Assembly: GCF_000392435.1 (NCBI RefSeq)
Contig: NC_021219.1
Location: 270,001-302,000, forward strand
Reading direction: 5' to 3'
Origin: Candidatus Saccharimonas aalborgensis
Lineage (GTDB): Bacteria > Patescibacteriota > Saccharimonadia > Saccharimonadales > Saccharimonadaceae
Length of the DNA: 32,000 nucleotides
Shown: in pieces, positions 17,822-26,279 of the stretch
How positions within the stretch are numbered: the stretch's first letter is position 1
Layout: each line of letters begins with the position of its first letter
Notes under the pieces: model-generated
What the model was told of the DNA's origin: nothing
Seen by the model: the letters and a program-made list of their open reading frames with translations, nothing else
Database searches by the model: none
Position numbers and translations under genes: made by a program

Positions 17822-17827
17822 CTATCC

Positions 17828-17865
17828 GGTGCAGGGGAGACGGCTACGCCGCGCTCCCCTGCACC
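17828..17865 (+). terminator. GC-rich 12-bp perfect hairpin directly after island gene 2
   Basis: GGTGCAGGGGAG (17828-17839) pairs with CTCCCCTGCACC (17854-17865). It starts 7 nt after the TGA stop and has no U-tract, which is the actinobacterial style. Confidence 0.5.
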
Positions 17866-17943
17866 ACCCCAGCGTATTACTCAAGGTACTTCTACGATCC
17901 AGCGGAGCTCATCGCTCGTAGGAGGAACTATGTTCCACCCCCA

Positions 17944-17974
17944 GTGATGACTCCGCTGGTCATCACACTTTTTC
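17944..17974 (+). terminator. intrinsic terminator (hairpin + T-run)
   Basis: GTGATGAC-TCCGCTG-GTCATCAC is followed by ACTTTTT, at the right edge of the high-GC island. Confidence 0.55.
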
Positions 17975-18175
17975 ATTCGTGTCATAAGGTATAGTCTGGT
18001 TGCCCCTACTATCGTCCGGTATATGTGCGTTATTTAACAATACAGATTGCAGCATGTACCGTTTCAATTTTTACTATTCACTCTTGTTTAACTGATAGTT
18101 AATTAAACTAACCCGTAGTTTCAATGTTTCTAGCGAGATACATCGAGACTACACCAATCCATATAAGGAGAATGT

Positions 18176-20038
18176 ATGAACAAAGTTATTTCGTTTGTAC
18201 GCCGAGCTCCTACGCGTGTTGTCGCTCTGGCGACACTAGTTGTGGCAAGCCTCATTGTGCCTGCTTCGCTCCACGCGTGGGGTCCGTCTCGTGCAACATT
18301 TACGATGCAAAATCCTGCGACCTATGTGACATTCAACTCTATTACCGACAATCCAAATCTCGGTGATGAGCGTAATTTCACGAGTGTTCGCGAGGTCGGT
18401 TCGACTGGTGACTGGCAAGATGCCGTCACTGTCCAACCTGGCAAAGAGTATGAGGTTCGCGTCTATGTACACAATAATGCCGCAAGCAACCTCGGACTTG
18501 TCGCTAACGATGTAAAAGCAAAGGTAAACGTGCCAACAACGACCGGTAACTCAGTTCGTGTGATGGCATATGTAAACTCAAGTAACGCTACCCCTACAGA
18601 GGTATATGATCAGGCTGATTTCAACAGCACCCAGACATTTAACCTCGCCTACATTGCGGGCAGCGCCAAATATTACAACAACGTGTTTGGTAAGTACGGT
18701 GTCGGTAGCGGCGTCAGCTTGCCTGACAGTCTTGTCACCAGTACTGGTGCAACACTTGGTTACGACAAACTTGATGGACACATCCCTGGCTGTATGCAAT
18801 ACGCCGGCGTTGTTGTCTTTCATGTCAAACCACAGTTTGCCGGTACGCAAAACTTCACGATGAGCAAGCTCGTCAGCAAGCATGGTGCCAATACCTGGGT
18901 TGAGAACTATACTGCTCAGCCTGGCGAAACCGTTGATTATCTGCTCCAGTACCAAAACACTGGTACGCTGCAGCAAGACAATGTCACCTTTCGTGACACG
19001 TTGCCTGCACACATGACCTACGTTGCCGGTAGCACCATCTATGGTAATTCGCAGCACCCAAGTGGTACCCCCGCAAGTGACAATGTCACTGGCGCTGGTA
19101 TCAATGTTGGTTCGTATGCCGCTGGTGCCAACGCATGGGCTATCTTTAGCGCCAAGGTTGATGCCGAAAGTGCGCTTGCCTGCGGCGTAAACTCACTGCA
19201 CAACGTTGCTTCTGTCACCCCTCAGGGTGTTGGTGTGAAGTCTGACGGTGCAGATGTGACGGTAACACGTACTTGCGTGCAGCCAAAACCAATCGAAGTC
19301 TGTCGTTTGGCCGATAAGCAAATCGTCACTATCGACGAAAAAGATTTTGACAGTGCGAAGTACTCGAAGAATCTTGATGATTGTAAATCGCCCGTTACGA
19401 TCAAGGTCTGTGACCTGACAACAAATCAGGTAGTAACAATCAACGAAAAAGACTTCAACTCTACCAAATATTCAAAGAATCTTGATGATTGTGCACCCAT
19501 AAAGGTGTGTGAACTATCAAGCAGTACAGTAATCACCATTGCTGCGCATCAATTTGATAGCACAATGCATTCAAAGAATCTTGATGATTGTGTCAAGATG
19601 CAAGTATGCCGCCTCGATGACAAGCAAATTGTCACGATCAAAAAGAGTGAATTTGATAGCAAGAAGTATTCGGAGAACCTCGACAACTGTCGCGAAATCA
19701 AGGTATGTCGACTTGCCGATAAGCAAGTTGTGACTATCGTGAAGAGCCAGTTTGACAGCAAGAAGTATTCGATGAATCTCGATGATTGTAAAGAAACTCC
19801 AAAACCAGTCATGATCGACGTTTGCCGCTTAAGCGACAAAAAGATCGTATCGATTGATGAGAAAGACTTTACGACCAGCAAGTACTCGAAAACACTTGAT
19901 GACTGCAAGGAAGTACCTCAGCCTCCGAAAGAGCTTCCACACACCGGTGTCGTTGATGGCATCGCTTCAGTAGTTGGCCTTGGCTCACTTGTAGCTGCAG
20001 GTGGATACTACCTAGCAAGCCGACGCGTACTGCGCTAA
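18176..20038 (+). CDS. LPXTG-anchored cell-surface protein with six Cys-bracketed tandem repeats
   Basis: 620 aa; AAGGAG lies 5 nt upstream. It has a signal peptide (VVALATLVVASLIVPASLHAWG) and a DUF11/CARDB-like segment (TAQPGETVDYLLQYQNTGTLQQDNVTFRDTLPAHMTYVAGST). The C-terminal sorting signal is LPHTG, a hydrophobic stretch and RRVLR. Confidence 0.85.
   Translation: MNKVISFVRRAPTRVVALATLVVASLIVPASLHAWGPSRATFTMQNPATYVTFNSITDNPNLGDERNFTSVREVGSTGDWQDAVTVQPGKEYEVRVYVHNNAASNLGLVANDVKAKVNVPTTTGNSVRVMAYVNSSNATPTEVYDQADFNSTQTFNLAYIAGSAKYYNNVFGKYGVGSGVSLPDSLVTSTGATLGYDKLDGHIPGCMQYAGVVVFHVKPQFAGTQNFTMSKLVSKHGANTWVENYTAQPGETVDYLLQYQNTGTLQQDNVTFRDTLPAHMTYVAGSTIYGNSQHPSGTPASDNVTGAGINVGSYAAGANAWAIFSAKVDAESALACGVNSLHNVASVTPQGVGVKSDGADVTVTRTCVQPKPIEVCRLADKQIVTIDEKDFDSAKYSKNLDDCKSPVTIKVCDLTTNQVVTINEKDFNSTKYSKNLDDCAPIKVCELSSSTVITIAAHQFDSTMHSKNLDDCVKMQVCRLDDKQIVTIKKSEFDSKKYSENLDNCREIKVCRLADKQVVTIVKSQFDSKKYSMNLDDCKETPKPVMIDVCRLSDKKIVSIDEKDFTTSKYSKTLDDCKEVPQPPKELPHTGVVDGIASVVGLGSLVAAGGYYLASRRVLR
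19286..19906 (+). repeat. in-frame tandem coding repeats (6 copies, ~31-37 codons each) inside the LPXTG gene
   Basis: The consensus is VC(R/D/E)L.DKQ(I/V)VTI.EKDFDS.KYSKNLDDC, with two Cys exactly 26 residues apart in every copy. First-Cys codons lie at 19301, 19409, 19508, 19607 and onward. Confidence 0.85.
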
Positions 20039-20104
20039 CGTACCTGAGACTGACCGCTCCAAATCTGACGGCCGTTGCCTCAGAGTCTCCCATGACCACC
20101 CCTC

Positions 20105-22231
20105 TCAATTTGATGGGTGGTCTTTGGGTTGGCGACTCATTTCTGTAGGTGGTGCGCTACTCAGTTTCTTGATGGGTAGGCTAAATCCAAAGGTGCTTCC
20201 CTTACCGGGCAGAGACTCAAACACCAGTGCCCCCCCATGAGCGTCAACCACTTTCTTGGCGAGAAACAGTCCGATACCCGTGCCATCGGGGCGTTGCTTG
20301 CGGGCGTTTTCGGCCCGGAAAAACTTAGTAAACAGATGCTTTTGCTCGGATTTTGGTACTCCCATGCCACTATCTTTGACAGTGAGAACTGCTGCTCCAG
20401 CCTCAACTTTGAGCCGAATCGCAATCGTCGATCCCTCGGGAGAATAATAGATAGCATTGTCGATAAAGTTCATGATAACTTGCCGCATTTTTCCTTCATC
20501 GAGATACAGTATGGGAAAACGTGCGGGTTTGCGGTAGGCAATTACTATCGAATGTGAAGCAGCTATCTTTTTGATGCCGTCCACCTCCTGCTCAACGATC
20601 TTCGCGAGATTGCATTCCCTGCGCTCAACCATGAACTTACCCGTTTGTAGCCGCGACACATTGAGAAAGTCGCCGATAAGATGTACCATGCGCTCACTAC
20701 TCACAAATGCCTCCATGAGTAGTTTTCGTTGGACTGGTGAAATCTCTCCCGCGTCCCCCTCCAATACCATACTGAGATATCCCTTTATGCTCGTCAGCGG
20801 CGTTCGTAATTGGTGACTTGCCATACTAACAAACTCATCCTTGGTCGCATCCATCTCGAGAAGCTTTTTGTTTGATGCGCGTAGCTCTTTTGTCGCATCG
20901 CTGACTTCAGTCTCAAGTGTACGAGCAAATGAACGAATTTCCTCGAGACGGAAAATATTTTGAACAGCGATGGATAATTCATCAGTTACCACTGCGAGCA
21001 TGCGCATATCTTCACGCAAATAGCGGCTACTATTGAGCCTCTCTCCTAGAAGCAAACAACCGATATGTTGCGACGGGGTTTCGAGCTGCAATACCTGCCC
21101 CCCACCGCTGCCGAGATGACCGCGCTTGAGGTCCCTCAGCGCTGGCAATGTGCGGGGTGACTTACCGATCGCAATAGTATCGATACGCTCACTATCAAAG
21201 ACAACCGCTAAATACTCAGGATGAAGCGCCGACTCAAGCGTCTGAAGGACGGCAGTTGTTAACGTAGTCAGGTCGGACTGTTCCACGCACAGCGCACTCA
21301 CTCGATCGAGTATCGCCTGAGAGTCGTATCGATCTCGATAAAATATTCTGTCTGTCACACGATCAAAAAACCGACGCAATGGACCAAATAACAGAGAAAT
21401 AAGGATAATCAATGCAACATTGGCAACAAGCTCAAAACCAGTGAGACGGATGGCAACGCCAACCACAGACGAAACACCCGCCGCAATCAAGTAATACAGT
21501 GCCGTAACAGTCAGAATAGCTACGATGTATGCGGCACTCCGTATGAGAGCTAGTCGTATACCAAGGAACCCCCTGCGAATAACTGTGTAAGCGAGGGTGA
21601 CGGTCCAAATTGTCGTCGCAATCCAGGCCCATCGTGATGATTGCCAGGATGGTAAGAGATTAGCGAGTACTACGTTGCTCATCACTCCTACCACGACGCC
21701 AAGAAGTGAGCCACAAAAGATAATGAATGCTCTTTTTTTGGCACGCGATGTGCCGACCTCACGATAATGCGCATACAGGATAGTGAGTCCTGCAACAAGT
21801 TGGGCGCAAATCAAGGAGATGACGAGGTAGTAGAGAGGCTGGCGTTGAAAAACAATAGCTGGTTCAGTTGATACAATTTGCGATAAAACAAGCGGTGTCA
21901 TACTCAGAACACTGAGGATAACCGATGAGCCAAGTAAAAGCCTTGTGAGGTGAGGATACTGGTGAGCTGCAATCGCACAGGCAAACCGGTATAACGCATA
22001 CGACAGACAAATAGCTGCGACAAATGCGAGCCGCCCTAAGACAAGATTCACTTCCGATGGAAAGGCAGGTTGCGCGACACCAGCCGCCAGTGCCCACACG
22101 CCTATCGAAAGGAGAAAAACCGAAAGGTAGATATGTGTAGCCGTGAGGGGTCTGCTGACAAACACTACGACAGTCGCCGCAAAGGTCACGATAACACTCA
22201 CGAGCATTATGCCCATCACCACTGCATCCAT
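20105..22231 (-). CDS. sensor histidine kinase with large polytopic N-terminal membrane domain
   Basis: 708 aa with about 8 N-terminal transmembrane helices. It has the H-box SMASHQLRTPLTSIKGY, the N-box NFIDNAIYYS, and the G-boxes DSGMGVP and GTGIGLFLAKK. Confidence 0.9.
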   Translation of the reverse strand: MDAVVMGIMLVSVIVTFAATVVVFVSRPLTATHIYLSVFLLSIGVWALAAGVAQPAFPSEVNLVLGRLAFVAAICLSYALYRFACAIAAHQYPHLTRLLLGSSVILSVLSMTPLVLSQIVSTEPAIVFQRQPLYYLVISLICAQLVAGLTILYAHYREVGTSRAKKRAFIIFCGSLLGVVVGVMSNVVLANLLPSWQSSRWAWIATTIWTVTLAYTVIRRGFLGIRLALIRSAAYIVAILTVTALYYLIAAGVSSVVGVAIRLTGFELVANVALIILISLLFGPLRRFFDRVTDRIFYRDRYDSQAILDRVSALCVEQSDLTTLTTAVLQTLESALHPEYLAVVFDSERIDTIAIGKSPRTLPALRDLKRGHLGSGGGQVLQLETPSQHIGCLLLGERLNSSRYLREDMRMLAVVTDELSIAVQNIFRLEEIRSFARTLETEVSDATKELRASNKKLLEMDATKDEFVSMASHQLRTPLTSIKGYLSMVLEGDAGEISPVQRKLLMEAFVSSERMVHLIGDFLNVSRLQTGKFMVERRECNLAKIVEQEVDGIKKIAASHSIVIAYRKPARFPILYLDEGKMRQVIMNFIDNAIYYSPEGSTIAIRLKVEAGAAVLTVKDSGMGVPKSEQKHLFTKFFRAENARKQRPDGTGIGLFLAKKVVDAHGGALVFESLPGKGSTFGFSLPIKKLSSAPPTEMSRQPKDHPSN

Positions 22232-22258
22232 ATCTTCTATACTAAGCGCTTATGCTTC

Positions 22259-22957
22259 TTAGCGCAATTGTGATAGAGGAATGAGGGAGTGAAATGAGGG
22301 AACTCGCTGAGCATAATATTCGATAACGAGTAGCCGAGCAACACGATCGGCGAGGCTGCCGACAAGGGTATCGTGCCGGTATTCTTGGTAGGCATTTGTG
22401 ATATCCATATAGATCCCTACTTGATCACTATTAAATCCTTTGTATTTGAGAAGCACATCTTCGGGGTGCATACGCTCGATCCCCGAACCGAACAATTGTT
22501 TGTATCTCGGCCAAGCATGAAATTCAAGTCCTGCGACCATCGCCTCGATACCCCGCTCCTCAGCCAAACGATACACCTCTCTTAGCACACCGAGCGTCGC
22601 TACTTGTGATACTCCGCGCTCCTTTGCGAGTGAACCCAGCTCACCGAGAGTTCCTGGTGCGTGCGCAAACAAACGCTCCCTCGATGCCGGGTATAGATCG
22701 GCGAGAGGTGTGCGCAAATCAGCCGCTTCAACCCCTGGTTCCCAAAGTAATTTACCGACAGAAACAAGCCTGCCGCCATAGTGGGAATCATAGGTGCTGA
22801 TATAGGTGGCAAGTCCTGCATCATGGATAGCGTCCACCTTTGGTAGACCATCGCTTCCTACCGTCTCAGGATCAATCTTGCCTACATCGAGATAGCGGCG
22901 CGTGGCTAGACGGCGGTTCTCCGCAATCTCCTCCTCGGTTGTCGCAATCTTTGTCAT
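22259..22957 (-). CDS. hypothetical protein, possible GNAT-fold N-acyltransferase (FeeM/LuxI-like clan)
   Basis: I moved the start to ATG 22957, which is preceded by GGGAGAGGA; this gives 232 aa. The N-terminal EEEIAENRRLATRRYLDVGKI and the C-terminal ELGSLAKERGVSQVATLGVLREVYRLAEERGIEAMVAGLEFHAWPRYKQLFG resemble N-acyl amino acid synthase-type proteins. That resemblance is my pattern recollection only. Confidence 0.35.
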   Translation of the reverse strand: MTKIATTEEEIAENRRLATRRYLDVGKIDPETVGSDGLPKVDAIHDAGLATYISTYDSHYGGRLVSVGKLLWEPGVEAADLRTPLADLYPASRERLFAHAPGTLGELGSLAKERGVSQVATLGVLREVYRLAEERGIEAMVAGLEFHAWPRYKQLFGSGIERMHPEDVLLKYKGFNSDQVGIYMDITNAYQEYRHDTLVGSLADRVARLLVIEYYAQRVPSFHSLIPLSQLR

Positions 22958-23107
22958 ATAGCGTCCTCTCCCTACGAGCCGTTCTCTCGTAACTTCGAGA
23001 GCAAGTTCGACGGCAGCAGGTACACGGAGCGAATTGTGATGTCGAGTCGGGACAGTCAAGATGCTTGTGGTCTTTCTATTTATTGTTCACCCTATTATAC
23101 TGTAGGT

Positions 23108-23482
23108 ATGACAAAGATTGCCATTATCGAGGACGATCAAGTTATCAACCAGATGTACCGAATGAAGTTTGAGGCGGCAGGATTTGAAGTGTCAACTGCG
23201 GGCGACGGTGAAACTGGTGTTGCGCTCGTCAAAAAGGTGACACCTGATATCATTTTGCTTGATCTCCAAATGCCTCATATGAACGGCGCGGAGGCCCTCA
23301 CAGCCATACGCGGTAATGCTGCTAGTAGCAAAACCCCGGTGATTATCCTCACCAACCTTGGCGAAGAAGAAGCTCCAAAAAACCTACGCTCACTGGGCAT
23401 CCATAGCTATATCGTCAAGGCAGAGCTCACACCAAGTCAGGTTGTCGAGCGAGTCAAAGACGCGCTCGCTGCTTCTGCCTAA
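23108..23482 (+). CDS. single-domain response regulator (CheY-like receiver)
   Basis: I moved the start to ATG 23108 (MTKIAIIEDD...), giving 124 aa. It has the phospho-acceptor context IILLDLQMPHMNG, the conserved T (ILTN) and K (YIVKA), and no output domain. Confidence 0.88.
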   Translation: MTKIAIIEDDQVINQMYRMKFEAAGFEVSTAGDGETGVALVKKVTPDIILLDLQMPHMNGAEALTAIRGNAASSKTPVIILTNLGEEEAPKNLRSLGIHSYIVKAELTPSQVVERVKDALAASA

Positions 23483-24303
23483 TCCCCACGAGCTGCTACT
23501 TGTGCGAGGGCAACTCGGATCACATGATCAAACATGAGGACGATCGTGAGTGGACCAACGCCACCCTTTTCGGGAGTGATATCGATATCGGTCCGATTGC
23601 GTAGTTCGGGGTCTACATCGCCGACGATCACACCACTCTCGCTCGCCGTGCCTGCATCGATGATGATTGTGCCTGCCGATACCATATCAGTCGTCAGGAT
23701 TCTAGGCACTCCTGTCGCCGCTACGACGACATTACTCCTGCGTAGTAGCTTTTTTTGATCAAGTGAATCTGAATTGATAACAGTAACATCATAGCCTCTG
23801 GACCGCCACAGCATGTCCAGTGGACGACCGACAAGCTTGCCATGTCCTATGAGTGCGATATGCTTATCTGACAATTCGATGTTGTAGCCAGCGAGCAACC
23901 AATCAATCGCCTCGGCTGTCGCACTGACAAACTCAGCCTTCGGGCCCAAGCCGTCGACATCTTTATGGGGATCAATTAGTGAGACAATCTCGTCTGTCTG
24001 TTCCGGTCGATCTATCGGTAGCTGCACCACAATGCCGTGTACCAGCGGATCGTTATTTGCGTCGCGAATTGCCTGTATCATTTCCTCTTGCGAGCACTCA
24101 ACCACAGTCACTTCAATCAGAATATCAGCCGCATAGCGCATCTTCATTCGTACATAGGTGTTGATGACCTCCCCCGCCATCACACTTTTTATGATTACCA
24201 AACGAGGTATCACGCCATACGCTTGACGTAGCATCCTGACCTGTTTCGCTTGCCGCTCCTTAATATATCCGGCTAGCTCTATCCCGCTCAATTCTTTTGC
24301 CAC
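23479..24303 (-). CDS. folD: bifunctional methylenetetrahydrofolate dehydrogenase/cyclohydrolase
   Basis: 274 aa with VQLPI, DVDGL, the Rossmann motif GHGKLVGRP, and PEKGGVGPLTIVLMFDHV at the C-terminus. Confidence 0.9.
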   Translation of the reverse strand: MAKELSGIELAGYIKERQAKQVRMLRQAYGVIPRLVIIKSVMAGEVINTYVRMKMRYAADILIEVTVVECSQEEMIQAIRDANNDPLVHGIVVQLPIDRPEQTDEIVSLIDPHKDVDGLGPKAEFVSATAEAIDWLLAGYNIELSDKHIALIGHGKLVGRPLDMLWRSRGYDVTVINSDSLDQKKLLRRSNVVVAATGVPRILTTDMVSAGTIIIDAGTASESGVIVGDVDPELRNRTDIDITPEKGGVGPLTIVLMFDHVIRVALAQVAARGD

Positions 24304-25872
24304 TTACGTGATACGGTCCTTTCGATCGTCGATAAAGGCACCCCATTGACGAACAAGGCGAAGGACAGTCTTGAGCGGCAACTCTATCAACATATCAAGA
24401 ATGATAGTGACAATATTTAGCTTCGAATATTTGTCACTCATCCATCGTCCCACCACCACAAATGGCAGATAGATGAGATCGCGTACAAATGTCATTCCGT
24501 TACTACTACTGCGGACCACTTCGAGTTCTCTGATGAGGCGACTAAGGCGAAAACCTAAGAAGCTTGCTGCTGAGATAAATACGAGGAAGATCGCGATATG
24601 AACAAGTGAGAATCCTAGCAGGAGCAACACCCACATAACTGCTCCAAAGATGACCAAGCTCGTCACTGCATATATCGCCGAGAATATAGGTCCATAGCCG
24701 CGATCGGCCAACTGCTTCTTCATGAGCACCACCCGCTCACCATAGAGCATGGTATCGGCGCGATCAATCAGCGCAGAAGTATTAGCAAAGCCAGGAAGCG
24801 TATGTGTCAGGCGCAGAGCAATCATGTAAAATGGCGGGAATAACAAGTTGATTAGGAGCGGCTGCCATCCGATCTTGCCATGAGCCCATATATCGTAAGG
24901 AACCTCGATGGCAATGCCGATGAGAAATTTGGTAATGATCAGGAAAATAACGGAGCGAATGATGGCACGGTTGATACGCTTACCGATGCGTGAATACTCA
25001 GTATTGACTTGTTTTTCGAAGGCATCCAAAAAAGCTTCTCGTCGAGGCAACAGCTCGGCAAAATCTGCCCTATCTTCGATCATGCGCCGAATGATGCGTA
25101 GCGGCGCACCCTGACGATCAACAATATGCAGCAGCGTATCAACTTGCGGAGATACCAAGAGGTTGTCAATTTGTTTGTTGTATGTCACATACTCCTCAAG
25201 GTGCTTAATACTCACTCCGTAGCGCATGAGTAACGTGGTACGAATAACGGCCGTGTCGGATTTGAGCAATGATTTGTGAATCGCAGCATAGAGAGCAGCA
25301 CTGTAGTCCTCGGTTCGCATCCGACTGGTGATTGCCTCCTCGGGGATCAACATCATGAGATATGAATAGGCGAAGTCGATAAATGCTGTATCGCGGCGAT
25401 GATCGTTAAGGATTGACTCAACTTGGACCGCAAGCGTATCCAGCACCCAACTTGTGGTTTTGTCGGAGGCAAGTGAGCGACGCTTTTGGAGCAACTCATA
25501 CGCCTTATAATGTTCAACCGCGAGCCCAGATATTGTATCTAACTGTGAGCGGAGCAGACTGTCGTTTGGGATGTAGCCCGCGAGTGTCAGCTCGACAGCA
25601 AGCTCATTTCCGCTCGTTCGAATAAGCGCATCATCACGAGTCACAAACAGCTGTCGATAGAATCGCTTTATGGCGTTTTGGAGAAGTAGATGCTCCTCTG
25701 TGTTTTCGGCAGCGTTACGGAGTTGCTCATATGCTGCCGTCAGGGCCCCCCCAGCACCAACTATATTCACTTTTTGGGCATGGAGAAGCTCTCTGTTGTT
25801 CGCGGTTTCCCACTGTTTTGCGGCCAAGAGACTCGCAGCAAGCCGCTGACCAATATGATTCAAGGTTGTCAT
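24304..25872 (-). CDS. large membrane protein of unknown function (helical N-terminal domain + ~5 C-terminal TM helices)
   Basis: 522 aa. It lies directly upstream of folD; its stop codon is immediately followed by the folD start codon. Hydrophobic helices occur from about residue 330 onward (VIFLIITKFLIGIAIEV, LLINLLFPPFYMIAL, VTSLVIFGAVMWVLLLLGFSLVHIAIFLVFISAASFLGF). Confidence 0.6.
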   Translation of the reverse strand: MTTLNHIGQRLAASLLAAKQWETANNRELLHAQKVNIVGAGGALTAAYEQLRNAAENTEEHLLLQNAIKRFYRQLFVTRDDALIRTSGNELAVELTLAGYIPNDSLLRSQLDTISGLAVEHYKAYELLQKRRSLASDKTTSWVLDTLAVQVESILNDHRRDTAFIDFAYSYLMMLIPEEAITSRMRTEDYSAALYAAIHKSLLKSDTAVIRTTLLMRYGVSIKHLEEYVTYNKQIDNLLVSPQVDTLLHIVDRQGAPLRIIRRMIEDRADFAELLPRREAFLDAFEKQVNTEYSRIGKRINRAIIRSVIFLIITKFLIGIAIEVPYDIWAHGKIGWQPLLINLLFPPFYMIALRLTHTLPGFANTSALIDRADTMLYGERVVLMKKQLADRGYGPIFSAIYAVTSLVIFGAVMWVLLLLGFSLVHIAIFLVFISAASFLGFRLSRLIRELEVVRSSSNGMTFVRDLIYLPFVVVGRWMSDKYSKLNIVTIILDMLIELPLKTVLRLVRQWGAFIDDRKDRIT

Positions 25873-25907
25873 TACTAGTGGTTATCATACCATAATTTCG
25901 CCGCCAA

Positions 25908-25951
25908 CTCTATAGAAAAACCACCCCATAGCGGGTGGATTTTCTATAGAG
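25908..25951. terminator. long inverted repeat / bidirectional terminator
   Basis: The sequence is CTCTATAGAAAAACCACCC-CATAGC-GGGTGGATTTTCTATAGAG. The GC core CCACCC/GGGTGG is flanked by A/T runs on both strands. It sits between the tRNA-Lys locus and the 522-aa gene. Confidence 0.5.
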
Positions 25952-25966
25952 GGCCAGGAGAGACTT
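25949..25966 (-). pseudogene. orphan 3' fragment of tRNA-Lys (T-loop end, T stem, acceptor strand)
   Basis: The minus-strand sequence (C)AAGTCTCTCCTGGCCCTC is identical to the 3' part of the intact tRNA-Lys up to the first C of CCA. It follows repeat copy B directly. Confidence 0.7.
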
Positions 25967-26055
25967 GGCCACGTTCCGCGGCCCCGAAACTTCACCTATG
26001 AAAGCATAGCTTTCAAGGGAAGGTTTCCTTGCGAACTGCCGACTGGCAGTTCTCA
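25967..26055 (-). repeat. tRNA-associated structured repeat, copy B (~89 nt)
   Basis: Minus strand: TGAGAACTGCCAGTCGGCAGTTCGCAAGGAAACCTTCCCTTGAAAGCTATGCTTTCATAGGTGAAGTTTCGGGGCCGCGGAACGTGGCC. It is preceded by GAGAG, which is the tRNA-Lys T-stem 5' strand. Confidence 0.75.
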
Positions 26056-26101
26056 CTCTCTCCACCCCACGGGTGTGGAGAATTCAAGCCGCCCAAACTC
26101 C

Positions 26102-26140
26102 AAGTAAATTCACCGACCACAGGGATCGGTGAATTTACTT
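26102..26140 (-). terminator. 15-bp perfect hairpin immediately after tRNA-Lys CCA (putative terminator/processing stem)
   Basis: AAGTAAATTCACCGA (26102-26116) pairs with TCGGTGAATTTACTT (26126-26140) around a 9-nt loop. There is no clear U-tract. Its placement parallels the hairpin after tRNA-Glu. Confidence 0.35.
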
Positions 26141-26216
26141 GGAGGGCCAGGAGAGACTTGAACTCTCGACACCCTGCTTAAGAGGCAGGTGCTCTAACCA
26201 GCTGAGCTACTGGCCC
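26140..26216 (-). tRNA. tRNA-Lys (anticodon CUU)
   Basis: Minus strand: GGGCCAGTAGCTCAGCTGGTTAGAGCACCTGCCTCTTAAGCAGGGTGTCGAGAGTTCAAGTCTCTCCTGGCCCTCCA. It forms a full cloverleaf with the anticodon loop CTCTTAA and an encoded CCA. TATAAT lies ~12 nt upstream. Confidence 0.9.
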
Positions 26217-26279
26217 ATAATATTAATTATACCGAAATGTGCGATGAACGATATAGCAAGCGGAGCTTGCAAGAGGCAG

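Noticed and set aside
15800-17975. The high-GC island as a product of integration into the adjacent tRNA-Glu gene.
   Set aside because: The island lies beyond the 5' side of the tRNA fragments and outside the duplicated tRNA segments. I found no flanking direct repeats (only a 7-nt GCTCATC coincidence) and no integrase. Adjacency is noted, but tRNA-mediated integration is not supported.
19286-19906. Regularly spaced ~100-nt DNA repeats that could superficially suggest a CRISPR-like array.
   Set aside because: The repeats are in frame within a long ORF, encode a conserved peptide unit, have no unique spacers, and vary in period (about 93-111 nt). They are protein tandem repeats.
20095-20121. 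Hairpin ACCACCC-13 nt-GGGTGGT between the convergent LPXTG and kinase genes, as a bidirectional terminator.
   Set aside because: The loop is long, the U-tract is weak (CTTT), and the hairpin overlaps the 3' end of the kinase gene. It is plausible but too weak to list as a feature.
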